Source: Escherichia coli (GTDB lineage: Bacteria > Pseudomonadota > Gammaproteobacteria > Enterobacterales > Enterobacteriaceae). From it: DNA of 32,000 nucleotides. Below the pieces are notes generated by a model that was given only the letters and a program-made list of their open reading frames with translations, was not told the DNA's origin and made no database searches. The number at the start of each line of letters is the position of its first letter. Position 1 is the stretch's first letter. Location of the stretch: NCBI RefSeq assembly GCF_900622695.1, contig NZ_LR130562.1; one strand, written 5' to 3'. Below, piece after piece: positions 1 through 9,076 of the stretch. The position numbers and the translations under genes were made by a program.

Positions 1-312
1 TGTCTGGTAGTGTTCCCGGATGGCGTCGGCATTTTGCCGTGGATGGTGCCCGGCACGGAAGAAATCGGCCAGGCGACCGCACAGGAAATGCAAAAACATT
101 CGCTGGTGTTGTGGCCCTTCCACGGCGTCTTCGGCAGCGGTCCGACACTGGATGAAACATTCGGTTTAATCGACACCGCAGAAAAATCAGCACAAGTATT
201 AGTGAAGGTTTATTCGATGGGCGGCATGAAACAGACCATCAGTCGTGAAGAGTTGATAGCACTCGGCCAGCGTTTCGGCGTTACACCACTCGCCAGTGCG
301 CTGGCGCTGTAA
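1..312 (+). CDS. rhaD: Rhamnulose-1-phosphate aldolase, C-terminal part (5' end outside window)
   Basis: Frame open from base 1; C-terminal protein ...[26 protein letters not shown]...; directly upstream of rhaM. Confidence 0.93.
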   Translation, partial: CLVVFPDGVGILPWMVPGTEEIGQATAQEMQKHSLVLWPFHGVFGSGPTLDETFGLIDTAEKSAQVLVKVYSMGGMKQTISREELIALGQRFGVTPLASALAL

Positions 313-321
313 GGAGCAAAC

Positions 322-636
322 ATGATCCGCAAAGCCTTTGTCATGCAGGTTAACCCCGACGCCCACGAAGAGTATCAGCGTCGGCATAATCCAATCTGGC
401 CGGAACTGGAAGCAGTGTTGAAATCTCACGGTGCGCATAACTACGCCATTTACCTCGACAAAGCGCGTAATCTGCTGTTTGCCACGGTAGAGATTGAATC
501 TGAAGAACGGTGGAATGCGGTTGCCAGCACTGAAATCTGCCAACGTTGGTGGAAATATATGACCGACGTTATGCCAGCTAACCCGGATAACAGCCCAGTC
601 AGTAGCGAGCTGCAAGAAGTGTTTTACCTGCCCTAA
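322..636 (+). CDS. rhaM: L-rhamnose mutarotase (104 aa)
   Basis: [49 protein letters not shown]..., recognised RhaM/YiiL; follows rhaD. Confidence 0.97.
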
Positions 637-642
637 TGAGTT

Positions 643-669
643 GCGGTGCCGGAAAATATCCAGCACCGC
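643..669. terminator. Hairpin between convergent rhaM and the porin-like gene
   Basis: GCGGTGC (643-649) ... GCACCGC (663-669) perfect 7-bp inverted repeat between convergent genes; no strong U-tract. Confidence 0.5.
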
Positions 670-676
670 GCCTTCA

Positions 677-2071
677 TCAGAAGAAGTATTTAAAGCGAAC
701 GCGTGCGCCGTAACGGTCATCAGTATCATCACCGTGTTTTTTATCACCGTCGCTATCCAGAATGGAGTAATACGTCCCGAGGTAAATATTAAAGTTCTCC
801 ATATCCATCACATTAGCGAACTGATAAGACGCATGAATGGTGTGAATGGTGTACGTCCCTTCATCATCAATCCAGCAGTCGTTATCACAAACTACACCGC
901 TGAATTCATCAATCTTATTGTGCGCGTAGATATAACCCAGCTCGAAACGTTTCCACAGCGCGTTAATCCCGGCAGTGAAATCTTTCTCATTATTAGCATC
1001 TAAATAGGCGGTATTAAGATTAACCACGACGCCATTTTCCGGATCCGTTTTCAGGCCATTCCAGGTCATGCTCATACCATAGCCGGTACGATCGGACTGA
1101 TCGACAAAATTACCCTTGCTATCGGTATAACCATAAGCATTATTTACCACGTTCGCTTCCATCGCTGCGGAAACGGTAAATTCTTCCGTCGGCGACCAGG
1201 CAATTACCGGACGCAGATAAGCAACATTTTTCTGCTGCTCCATATCGCGTCCATGATAATTACCGTCATTATATAAAGATGTTCCGTCTTCAAGTAACGT
1301 GTTTAATTCAAAATACCAGTTATCAAGTTGTTTGCTGACGAGAAAATTACCGCCAGCGTTAGAGCGCCCGCGGCCCTCTTTCATCATATAGATATAACCG
1401 CTGCCATCGTCATAAAGATCGTTCGCAGTATTACCGGAATGTTCAACAAAGGTATCCTGATTCAGCGGGAACATATCGTAGGCTTCGAAACGGCCTACTT
1501 TGACCTTCCAGTCGTTTTCTTTGCCAAAGAAGAATACCGCATCATCGATATTTACTGAACCGTGCATGTCCCCCAGCGGTTGCGCGGAGAACCCGGCGAA
1601 ATAACCATTATCCAGTTTTCGCATACCATCAAAACCTAACAGAATACGACCATTGAGATTCCACTGTTCATTAGTGGGATCGCTATTCACATCAGCGTTG
1701 GTCATTGCCAGCAGGCCATGATTACTTTCTGCATCCATATTAAATTCTACGTCGCCGTAGATTTTTAAATCGCCATAACCTGAGAGCAAAAGATTAGGTG
1801 AGGTGGAATTTTTCTTTGCAGATTCCGCCGTTGCCTGTCCATTTACCGGCGTATTGCCCTGGGCAGCCTTAATTTCGCGGATCTCAGCGGCTTGTTGTGT
1901 CTGCAGCTGTTTAACCTGGCTCTCTGCTTTTGCTGCCCGCATTTCTGCCGCTTCCAGGCGTTCTTCCAGCAATGCCATGCGTTGTTCCAGCGTTAAATGC
2001 TGTGTTTTTGCCATTCCGGTACTACATGCCAATAATAAACCGATGGCTAAAGATAATGTCGATTTTTTCAT
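677..2071 (-). CDS. Outer-membrane carbohydrate-porin-like protein (464 aa) with N-terminal signal peptide and coiled coil
   Basis: Signal peptide MKKSTLSLAIGLLLACSTGMA; coiled coil LTLEQRMALLEERLEAAEMRAAKAESQVKQL (ScrY/RafY-like layout); alternating beta-strand-rich body; terminal aromatic residues ...RFKYFF typical of outer-membrane barrels. Confidence 0.8.
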   Translation of the reverse strand: MKKSTLSLAIGLLLACSTGMAKTQHLTLEQRMALLEERLEAAEMRAAKAESQVKQLQTQQAAEIREIKAAQGNTPVNGQATAESAKKNSTSPNLLLSGYGDLKIYGDVEFNMDAESNHGLLAMTNADVNSDPTNEQWNLNGRILLGFDGMRKLDNGYFAGFSAQPLGDMHGSVNIDDAVFFFGKENDWKVKVGRFEAYDMFPLNQDTFVEHSGNTANDLYDDGSGYIYMMKEGRGRSNAGGNFLVSKQLDNWYFELNTLLEDGTSLYNDGNYHGRDMEQQKNVAYLRPVIAWSPTEEFTVSAAMEANVVNNAYGYTDSKGNFVDQSDRTGYGMSMTWNGLKTDPENGVVVNLNTAYLDANNEKDFTAGINALWKRFELGYIYAHNKIDEFSGVVCDNDCWIDDEGTYTIHTIHASYQFANVMDMENFNIYLGTYYSILDSDGDKKHGDDTDDRYGARVRFKYFF

Positions 2072-2547
2072 TATTTACGTTCCCTGAAATAAAAGAGACC
2101 CTACGCTTTCCAAAAGGAATACGTATATAGAGAAATATAAGGTGTGCACTTTCGAATTTTCAATCCAACTTCAGCAGGCCGATGGATAGTATCCCGCTGC
2201 ATAATATGAGTAAATCCGCTGATTTCCTGGAACGTGAGGAATATAACAATAGTGCCGTTTTTAACCAAATATCGTAAAAAATATTAGATATAATTCACGC
2301 TGACTCATAAGCCACAAATATAAATAACCTTGCTGCAAAACATGTGCGACAGTTAAACATTCACAACATCATTAAATAATGATTTCTTATTCACTGCATT
2401 TATTTTGCCCATCAATATGTGCCTTACTCCGCAAAATTTATCCTTCACTCTGCCTTATATTGTCACGACTTCACGACATATCCGCGCTCATCACAAAACC
2501 GCTCCGCCGTTACAATTAACTATAATATTTTTTCATGGAATCCAATA

Positions 2548-2994
2548 ATGGCAGCACTTACTGCAAGCTGTATTGACCTGAATATTCAGGGCAATGGCAC
2601 TTATTCCGTTCTGAAGCAGTTGGCGACAATGGCGTTACAAAACGGTTTTATCACCGACTCACACCAGTTCCTGCAAACTCTGCTGCTGCGCGAAAAAATG
2701 CACTCCACCGGTTTTGGTTCCGGCATCGCCGTGCCGCACGGTAAAAGCGCCTGCGTTAAACAACCGTTCGTGTTATTCGCCCGCAAAGCGCAGGCCATTG
2801 ACTGGAAAGCCAGCGACGGCGAAGACGTCAATTGCTGGATCTGCCTCGGCGTGCCGCAAAGTGGCGAAGAGGATCAGGTCAAAATCATCGGCACACTGTG
2901 TCGCAAAATTATCCACCAGGATTTTATCAACCAACTGCGACAGGGCGACGCCGACCAGGTGCTTGCTTTGTTAAATCAAACCCTCAGCTCATAA
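2548..2994 (+). CDS. frvA: PTS EIIA component FrvA (148 aa, fructose-like)
   Basis: EIIA(Fru)-type sequence ...KMHSTGFGSGIAVPHGKSA...; start chosen at ATG 2548 rather than the longer ORF start 2419. Confidence 0.93.
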   Translation: MAALTASCIDLNIQGNGTYSVLKQLATMALQNGFITDSHQFLQTLLLREKMHSTGFGSGIAVPHGKSACVKQPFVLFARKAQAIDWKASDGEDVNCWICLGVPQSGEEDQVKIIGTLCRKIIHQDFINQLRQGDADQVLALLNQTLSS

Positions 2995-3004
2995 GGAAGT
3001 GGCG

Positions 3005-4456
3005 ATGGAGTCATCCTTACGTATTGTCGCGATCACCAACTGCCCCGCCGGGATCGCTCACACCTACATGGTGGCGGAAGCCCTGGAACAGAAAGCCCGT
3101 TCTCTCGGTCATACCATTAAAGTTGAAACTCAAGGATCAAGCGGCATCGAAAACCGCTTATCCAGCGAAGAGATTGCCGCTGCCGATTACGTGATTCTCG
3201 CTACCGGGCGTGGCCTGAGCGGTGATGATCGCGCGCGATTTGCCGGGAAAAAGGTTTATGAAATTGCCATCTCCCAGGCGCTGAAAAATATCGACCATAT
3301 TTTCAGTGAATTACCGACAAACTCACAATTTTTTGCCGCAGATAGCGGCGTGAAGCTCGGCAAACAGGAAGTGCAAAGTGGCAGCGTAATGAGCCACCTG
3401 ATGGCGGGCGTCTCTGCGGCGCTGCCGTTTGTCATCGGTGGCGGTATTCTGGTGGCGCTTGCCAACATGCTGGTGCAGTTCGGTTTGCCGTATACCGATA
3501 TGTCGAAAGGCGCGCCGTCGTTTACCTGGGTGGTTGAATCCATCGGTTATCTCGGCTTCACCTTTATGATCCCCATCATGGGCGCTTATATTGCCTCGTC
3601 GATTGCCGATAAACCCGCTTTCGCTCCGGCGTTTCTGGTTTGCTATCTGGCGAACGACAAAGCCCTGCTCGGCACCCAGTCTGGCGCGGGCTTCCTCGGT
3701 GCGGTGGTGCTTGGGCTGGCGATTGGCTATTTCGTCTTCTGGTTCCGTAAAGTGCGCCTTGGCAAAGCATTACAACCGCTGCTCGGTTCCATGCTGATCC
3801 CGTTCGTTACTCTGCTGGTTTTTGGCGTACTGACTTACTACGTTATCGGACCGGTGATGTCCGACCTCATGGGCGGGTTGCTGCACTTCCTGAACACCAT
3901 TCCTCCGTCAATGAAGTTTGCGGCGGCGTTTCTGGTCGGTGCAATGCTGGCGTTCGATATGGGCGGCCCTATCAATAAAACCGCCTGGTTCTTCTGCTTC
4001 TCACTGCTGGAAAAACACATTTACGACTGGTACGCCATCGTCGGCGTTGTCGCGCTGATGCCGCCTGTCGCGGCGGGTCTTGCGACGTTCATTGCGCCCA
4101 AGCTGTTTACTCAACAGGAAAAAGAAGCCGCCAGTAGCGCCATTGTGGTCGGTGCCACGGTCGCGACCGAACCGGCTATTCCTTACGCTCTGGCGGCACC
4201 ACTGCCAATGATTACCGCCAATACGCTGGCGGGCGGCATTACCGGCGTGCTGGTGATCGCTTTCGGAATCAAACGACTGGCACCTGGTTTGGGTATCTTT
4301 GACCCGCTGATCGGCCTGATGTCGCCGGTGGGTTCGTTTTATCTGGTGCTGGCGATTGGTCTCGCGCTGAACATTTCATTCATTATCGTCCTGAAAGGAT
4401 TATGGTTACGCCGCAAAGCGAAAGCCGCGCAACAGGAGCTTGCCCATGAACATTGA
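3005..4456 (+). CDS. frvB: PTS EIIBC component FrvB (483 aa)
   Basis: EIIB motif TNCPAGIAHTYMVAEAL followed by polytopic EIIC; ATG at 3005 (GTG at 2999 is the alternative). Confidence 0.94.
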   Translation: MESSLRIVAITNCPAGIAHTYMVAEALEQKARSLGHTIKVETQGSSGIENRLSSEEIAAADYVILATGRGLSGDDRARFAGKKVYEIAISQALKNIDHIFSELPTNSQFFAADSGVKLGKQEVQSGSVMSHLMAGVSAALPFVIGGGILVALANMLVQFGLPYTDMSKGAPSFTWVVESIGYLGFTFMIPIMGAYIASSIADKPAFAPAFLVCYLANDKALLGTQSGAGFLGAVVLGLAIGYFVFWFRKVRLGKALQPLLGSMLIPFVTLLVFGVLTYYVIGPVMSDLMGGLLHFLNTIPPSMKFAAAFLVGAMLAFDMGGPINKTAWFFCFSLLEKHIYDWYAIVGVVALMPPVAAGLATFIAPKLFTQQEKEAASSAIVVGATVATEPAIPYALAAPLPMITANTLAGGITGVLVIAFGIKRLAPGLGIFDPLIGLMSPVGSFYLVLAIGLALNISFIIVLKGLWLRRKAKAAQQELAHEH

Positions 4457-5516
4457 GTTACTGCAACAGTTGTGCGAAGCCAGCGCCGTTAGCGGCGATG
4501 AACAGGAAGTTCGCGACATTCTGATCAACACGCTGGAACCTTGCGTTAATGAGATCACCTTTGATGGTCTGGGCAGCTTTGTTGCCCGTAAGGGGAATAA
4601 AGGTCCAAAAGTTGCCGTTGTCGGGCATATGGATGAAGTCGGCTTTATGGTCACCCACATCGACGAGAGCGGTTTTCTGCGTTTTACCACCATTGGCGGC
4701 TGGTGGAATCAGTCGATACTCAACCACCGGGTAACCATACGCACACACAAGGGATTTAAAATCCCTGGTGTGATTGGTTCCGTCGCGCCTCATGCGTTAA
4801 CGGAAAAGCAAAAGCAACAACCGCTGTCATTTGATGAGATGTTCATTGATATTGGCGCGAACAGTCGCGAAGAAGCGGAAAAACGCGGCGTGGAAATTGG
4901 TAATTTTATTAGCCCGGAAGCCAATTTTGCCTGCTGGGGCGAAGATAAAGTGGTCGGCAAGGCGTTGGATAACCGCATCGGCTGCGCAATGATGGCTGAG
5001 CTATTGCAGACGGTGAATAATCCCGAAATTACGCTGTATGGCGTTGGCAGTGTGGAAGAAGAAGTTGGCCTGCGCGGGGCGCAAACCTCGGCTGAACACA
5101 TTAAACCGGATGTTGTGATCGTGCTGGATACCGCCGTCGCAGGCGATGTTCCGGGCATTGATAACATTAAATACCCGCTAAAACTGGGCCAGGGGCCGGG
5201 GCTGATGCTGTTTGATAAACGCTACTTCCCCAACCAGAAGCTGGTGGTGGCGTTAAAAAGCTGTGCCACACATAACGATTTACCGCTGCAATTTTCCACC
5301 ATGAAAACCGGTGCGACGGATGGCGGGCGCTACAACGTGATGGGCGGCGGGCGTCCGGTTGTCGCGCTGTGCCTGCCAACGCGTTATCTGCACGCCAACA
5401 GCGGCATGATTTCAAAAGCCGATTACGATGCTCTGCTCACGCTGATACGGGGTTTTCTGACGACCTTAACTGCGGAGAAAATCAACGCGTTTAGCCAGTT
5501 CCGTCAGGTGGATTAA
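4446..5516 (+). CDS. frvX: Peptidase/endo-1,4-beta-glucanase-like M42-family protein FrvX (356 aa)
   Basis: M42 aminopeptidase pattern (VGHMDEVG..., KALDNRIGCAMM, VEEEVGLRGA); overlaps the frvB 3' end. Confidence 0.93.
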   Translation: MNIELLQQLCEASAVSGDEQEVRDILINTLEPCVNEITFDGLGSFVARKGNKGPKVAVVGHMDEVGFMVTHIDESGFLRFTTIGGWWNQSILNHRVTIRTHKGFKIPGVIGSVAPHALTEKQKQQPLSFDEMFIDIGANSREEAEKRGVEIGNFISPEANFACWGEDKVVGKALDNRIGCAMMAELLQTVNNPEITLYGVGSVEEEVGLRGAQTSAEHIKPDVVIVLDTAVAGDVPGIDNIKYPLKLGQGPGLMLFDKRYFPNQKLVVALKSCATHNDLPLQFSTMKTGATDGGRYNVMGGGRPVVALCLPTRYLHANSGMISKADYDALLTLIRGFLTTLTAEKINAFSQFRQVD

Positions 5517-7264
5517 TGCTAAACGAACGCCAGTTAAAGATTGTCGATCTGCTGGAGCAACAGCCGCGCACGCCTGGCGAGCTGGCACAACAGACTGGCG
5601 TTTCGGGCAGGACCATCCTGCGCGACATTGACTATCTCAACTTTACCCTTAACGGCAAAGCCCGCATTTCCGCCAGTGGCAACGCGGGCTATCAGCTGGA
5701 AATCTTCGAGCGCCGCAGCTTTTTTCAGTTGCTGCAAAAGCACGATAACGACGATCGGCTGCTGGCGCTGCTATTACTGAATACCTTCACTCCCCGTGCG
5801 CAACTCGCCTCGGCGCTTAATTTGCCAGAAACGTGGGTAGCAGAGCGCCTGCCCCGCCTGAAACAGCGCTATGAACGCGGTTTTTGTCTCGCTAGTCGCC
5901 CTGGTTTGGGCCATTTCATTGATGAGACAGAAGAGAAACGCATTATTTTGCTGGCGAATCTTTTACGCAAAGATCCGTTTTTAATTCCTCTGGCGGGCGT
6001 AACACGAGACAACCTTCAGCAATTATCCACGGTCTGCGACAACCAACACCGCTGGCCGCTGATGCAGGGTGATTATCTCTCCAGCCTGATTCTGGCGATT
6101 TACGCCCTGCGTAATCAACTGACCGATGAGTGGCCGCAATATCCCGGTAGCGAGATAAAACAGATCGTTGAATATAGCGGCCTGTTTCTTGGTGATAACG
6201 CTGTAAGAACGTTGACGGGGTTGATAGAAAAACAGCATCAACAGGCGCAGGTTATTTGTGTCGATAATGTGCTGGCATTGCTGCAAAGGGTGCCGGGCAT
6301 TGCGTCATTGAATATTATTGATACGCAACTGGTTGAGAATATTACCGGGCATTTATTACGTTGCCTTGCCGCACCAGTATGGATTGCTGAGCACCGCCAA
6401 AGCAGCATGAATAACCTGAAAGCCGCCTGGCCTGCGGCCTTTGATATGAGTCTGCACTTTATTACGCTACTGCGTGAACAGCTCGATATTCCCCTTTTCG
6501 ACAGCGATCTGATCGGTTTGTATTTTGCCTGTGCGCTGGAACGACATCAAAACGAACGCCAGCCGATCATTTTGCTCTCGGACCAGAACGCGATTGCCAC
6601 TATTAATCAGCTCGCCATTGAGCGCGATGTCCTGAATTGTCGGGTGATTATTGCCCGCAGCCTGAGCGATATTACCGCCATTAGCCAGGAGATTACGCCG
6701 TTATTGATCGTCAATAACAGCCACTATTTGCTGGATGACGCGGTAAAAAATAGTATTACCATCAAAAATATCATTACCGCCGCCGGGATTGAGCAAATTA
6801 AACATTTTCTTGCCACGGCATTTATTCGCCAGCAGCCGGAGCGTTTTTTCTCTGCCCCCGGAAGTTTTCATTTTTCGAATGTACGCGGTGAAAACTGGCA
6901 ACATATTACCCAGCAAATATGTGCACAATTAGTGACGCAACACCACATTACCGCCGATGAAGCACAACGGATCATCGCCCGCGAAGGCGAAGGTGAAAAC
7001 CTGATTGTTAATCGTCTCGCCATCCCACATTGCTGGAGCGAACAGGAACGCCGTTTTCGTGGATTTTTTATTACCCTCGCCCAACCGGTTGAGGTGAATA
7101 ACGAAGTAGTTAACCATGTGCTGATCGCCTGTGCCGCCGCCGATGCGCGTCATGAGCTAAAAATATTTAGCTATCTGGCAAGCGTATTGTGTCAGCATCC
7201 GGCAGAGGTTATTGCCGGGTTAAAAGGATATGAGGCATTTATGGAGTTACTTCACAAGGGGTGA
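5516..7264 (+). CDS. frvR: PRD-containing transcriptional regulator with C-terminal EIIA-like domain (582 aa)
   Basis: N-terminal HTH (TPGELAQQTGVSGRTILRDIDYL), PRD region, translationally coupled TAATG overlap with frvX. Confidence 0.93.
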   Translation: MLNERQLKIVDLLEQQPRTPGELAQQTGVSGRTILRDIDYLNFTLNGKARISASGNAGYQLEIFERRSFFQLLQKHDNDDRLLALLLLNTFTPRAQLASALNLPETWVAERLPRLKQRYERGFCLASRPGLGHFIDETEEKRIILLANLLRKDPFLIPLAGVTRDNLQQLSTVCDNQHRWPLMQGDYLSSLILAIYALRNQLTDEWPQYPGSEIKQIVEYSGLFLGDNAVRTLTGLIEKQHQQAQVICVDNVLALLQRVPGIASLNIIDTQLVENITGHLLRCLAAPVWIAEHRQSSMNNLKAAWPAAFDMSLHFITLLREQLDIPLFDSDLIGLYFACALERHQNERQPIILLSDQNAIATINQLAIERDVLNCRVIIARSLSDITAISQEITPLLIVNNSHYLLDDAVKNSITIKNIITAAGIEQIKHFLATAFIRQQPERFFSAPGSFHFSNVRGENWQHITQQICAQLVTQHHITADEAQRIIAREGEGENLIVNRLAIPHCWSEQERRFRGFFITLAQPVEVNNEVVNHVLIACAAADARHELKIFSYLASVLCQHPAEVIAGLKGYEAFMELLHKG

Positions 7265-7268
7265 ACTG

Positions 7269-7293
7269 TGTCGGATGCGCCGCATCCGACACT
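7269..7293. repeat. REP-like palindrome / terminator after frvR
   Basis: GTGTCGGATGCGCCGCATCCGACAC: 12-bp arms GTGTCGGATGCG / CGCATCCGACAC. Confidence 0.75.
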
Positions 7294-7319
7294 GCATTTA
7301 TCACCAAAATCAAAAACGT

Positions 7320-8000
7320 TTAACGCAGGCTATTATAGTCATCGACCATTTCGTTGTACTCGCGTAACGCTCGCGGAAATGAGTCGTCGACCATCCAGCT
7401 GGTGTTTGCATCCTGAAGTTGCTCTTTATCCCAGTCAGAGTACGGAACTTTATCTCTGACGCGGCGAACATATTTTTTAGCCTCGAGTTGATACTGGTCT
7501 GCCGAATTAATGAACGAGAAATTCATACCGCCTTTATCCGCTTCTTTGGCCTGCGCCACCAGCGTTTCCAGTTCAGAGACTTTCTTCATTGCCGCATCAA
7601 CATCAAACTTCTCTTGCGAAATCAGGTTATTAATTTGTTTCGCTGAAATCATGACTGCCAGAGAGTAGTAGTGGAATGTTTTCCCTTCTCTTTGTTCAAT
7701 ATTTTTCAGTTCCGCAAGCTGGCGCTTATCGTTAATTTCCTGAATCGCCGCATGATAAGATTCTGCTACAGGTTCAAAGGCTTCAAGATTTTTTAAGAAT
7801 GTCTGGTGCAGCGTTTTCCCTTTCGCAAACGCATCGTCTTTATAATTTTCCTGGGTGTAATATTTATCCATTTCGTTAATGGTATTACCCAACGCCACGG
7901 CAGCATCAATATAACTCACCGCCACGCCATCAATAGGTTGCAGCGCAGGCGTTAACGCCACTACACGCATTTTGTTTATAAATAAAATAATAAAATTCAC
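7320..8000 (-). pseudogene. yiiG: 5'-truncated yiiG (DUF3829 lipoprotein family), signal peptide and N-terminus missing
   Basis: 226 aa ORF matching the YiiG C-terminal part (...ALTPALQPIDGVAVSYIDAAVALGNTINEMDKYYTQENYKDDAF...MVDDYNSLR); full-length YiiG is larger and begins with a lipoprotein signal, absent here; N-terminal 12 residues look like read-in from flanking DNA. Confidence 0.75.
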
Positions 8001-8007
8001 GAAATGA

Positions 8008-8046
8008 ATAAGTCCTGCAATTTAATATATATCGCAGGACTTATTT
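8008..8046. terminator. Terminator downstream of fdhD
   Basis: Perfect 12-bp inverted repeat AATAAGTCCTGC (8008-8019) / GCAGGACTTATT (8035-8046), AT-rich flanks on both sides. Confidence 0.85.
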
Positions 8047-8049
8047 TAA

Positions 8050-8883
8050 TTAATTGCTCAAACGCTGCGGATGGGTATAAACCGTTGCCCGACCCGGTTT
8101 ACAAAAGCCCACCAGCGTCAAATTACAGCGTTCAGCCACTTCTACAGCAAGTGTGGTCGCGGCAGACACCGCAAACAAAATCTCTACGCCACACATCGCC
8201 GACTTTTGCACCATTTCATAACTGGCACGACTGGAAACCAGCACCGCACCTTGCTGCCAGCTTTCCCCTTCTTGTGACCGGCGGCCTAACAGTTTGTCCA
8301 GCGCCACATGGCGACCCACGTCTTCATGCCCGCCGACCAGTTCGCCAGATGGCAACATCCATGCAGCGGCGTGAGTACAACCAGTCAGTTGCCCCACTGG
8401 CTGGAAATCATTGAGATGACGTAATGCATCATCCAGTTTGTTGAGATCAAACGTCTGGGTGAACGGCAGCGGCTGCACCGGTTTCCCGATATCGTTAAGC
8501 TGTTCTACACCGCATACGCCACAGCCCGTACGTCCCGCCAGCGCCCGGCGGCGTTCCTTCAACCCCATAAAGCGGCGGCTGGAAAGCTCAATTTGAACTT
8601 CAAGACCATTACAGGAAGGAACGACATCCATGCCAAAGATATCGCGCGGACTTTCGATTATCCCCTCGGAAAGCGAAAAACCGAGCGCAAAGTACTCAAG
8701 GTCTTTGGGCGACGCCATCATCACCACATGCGAAATGCCGTTGTAGACCAGCGCAACGGGAACTTCTTCCGCGACCTCATCTAACCGTGGGTGTTGTAAA
8801 TCATCACGCCGCCATAACTCAATTTGACGAACACCTGTGATATTTGTCACATTTTCGATTTCTTTTTGCTGTGTTTTTTTCAC
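8050..8883 (-). CDS. fdhD: Formate dehydrogenase accessory sulfurtransferase FdhD (277 aa)
   Basis: Recognised FdhD sequence with the TGCGVCG motif; divergent from fdoG. Confidence 0.97.
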
Positions 8884-9076
8884 TTTCTCTTAACCAGATA
8901 AGAACACACACACCAACATTATGGTATTCTGTTACAAACCCTTCCTGGATGGAGGGAAATTGAGCCAATTCTGGACCTTTGCGGCCCCTTCCGCAAAGAA
9001 AAATAACTCCCACTCCCTGCACACGCAGCAAGCGAATGTAAATGGGACGTGACAATGTCGAAACAAGGAGCAATCC

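Noticed and set aside
2340-2480. Possible CRP sites in the porin/frvA divergent region (e.g. TGTGCGACAGTTAAACATTCACA)
   Set aside because: Half-site spacing does not fit the TGTGA-N6-TCACA consensus; not reportable without a weight-matrix score.
8004-8414. 136 aa plus-strand ORF starting [21 protein letters not shown] with a signal-like N-terminus
   Set aside because: The N-terminus is encoded by the terminator/intergenic sequence and the remainder is antisense to fdhD; not supported as a gene.
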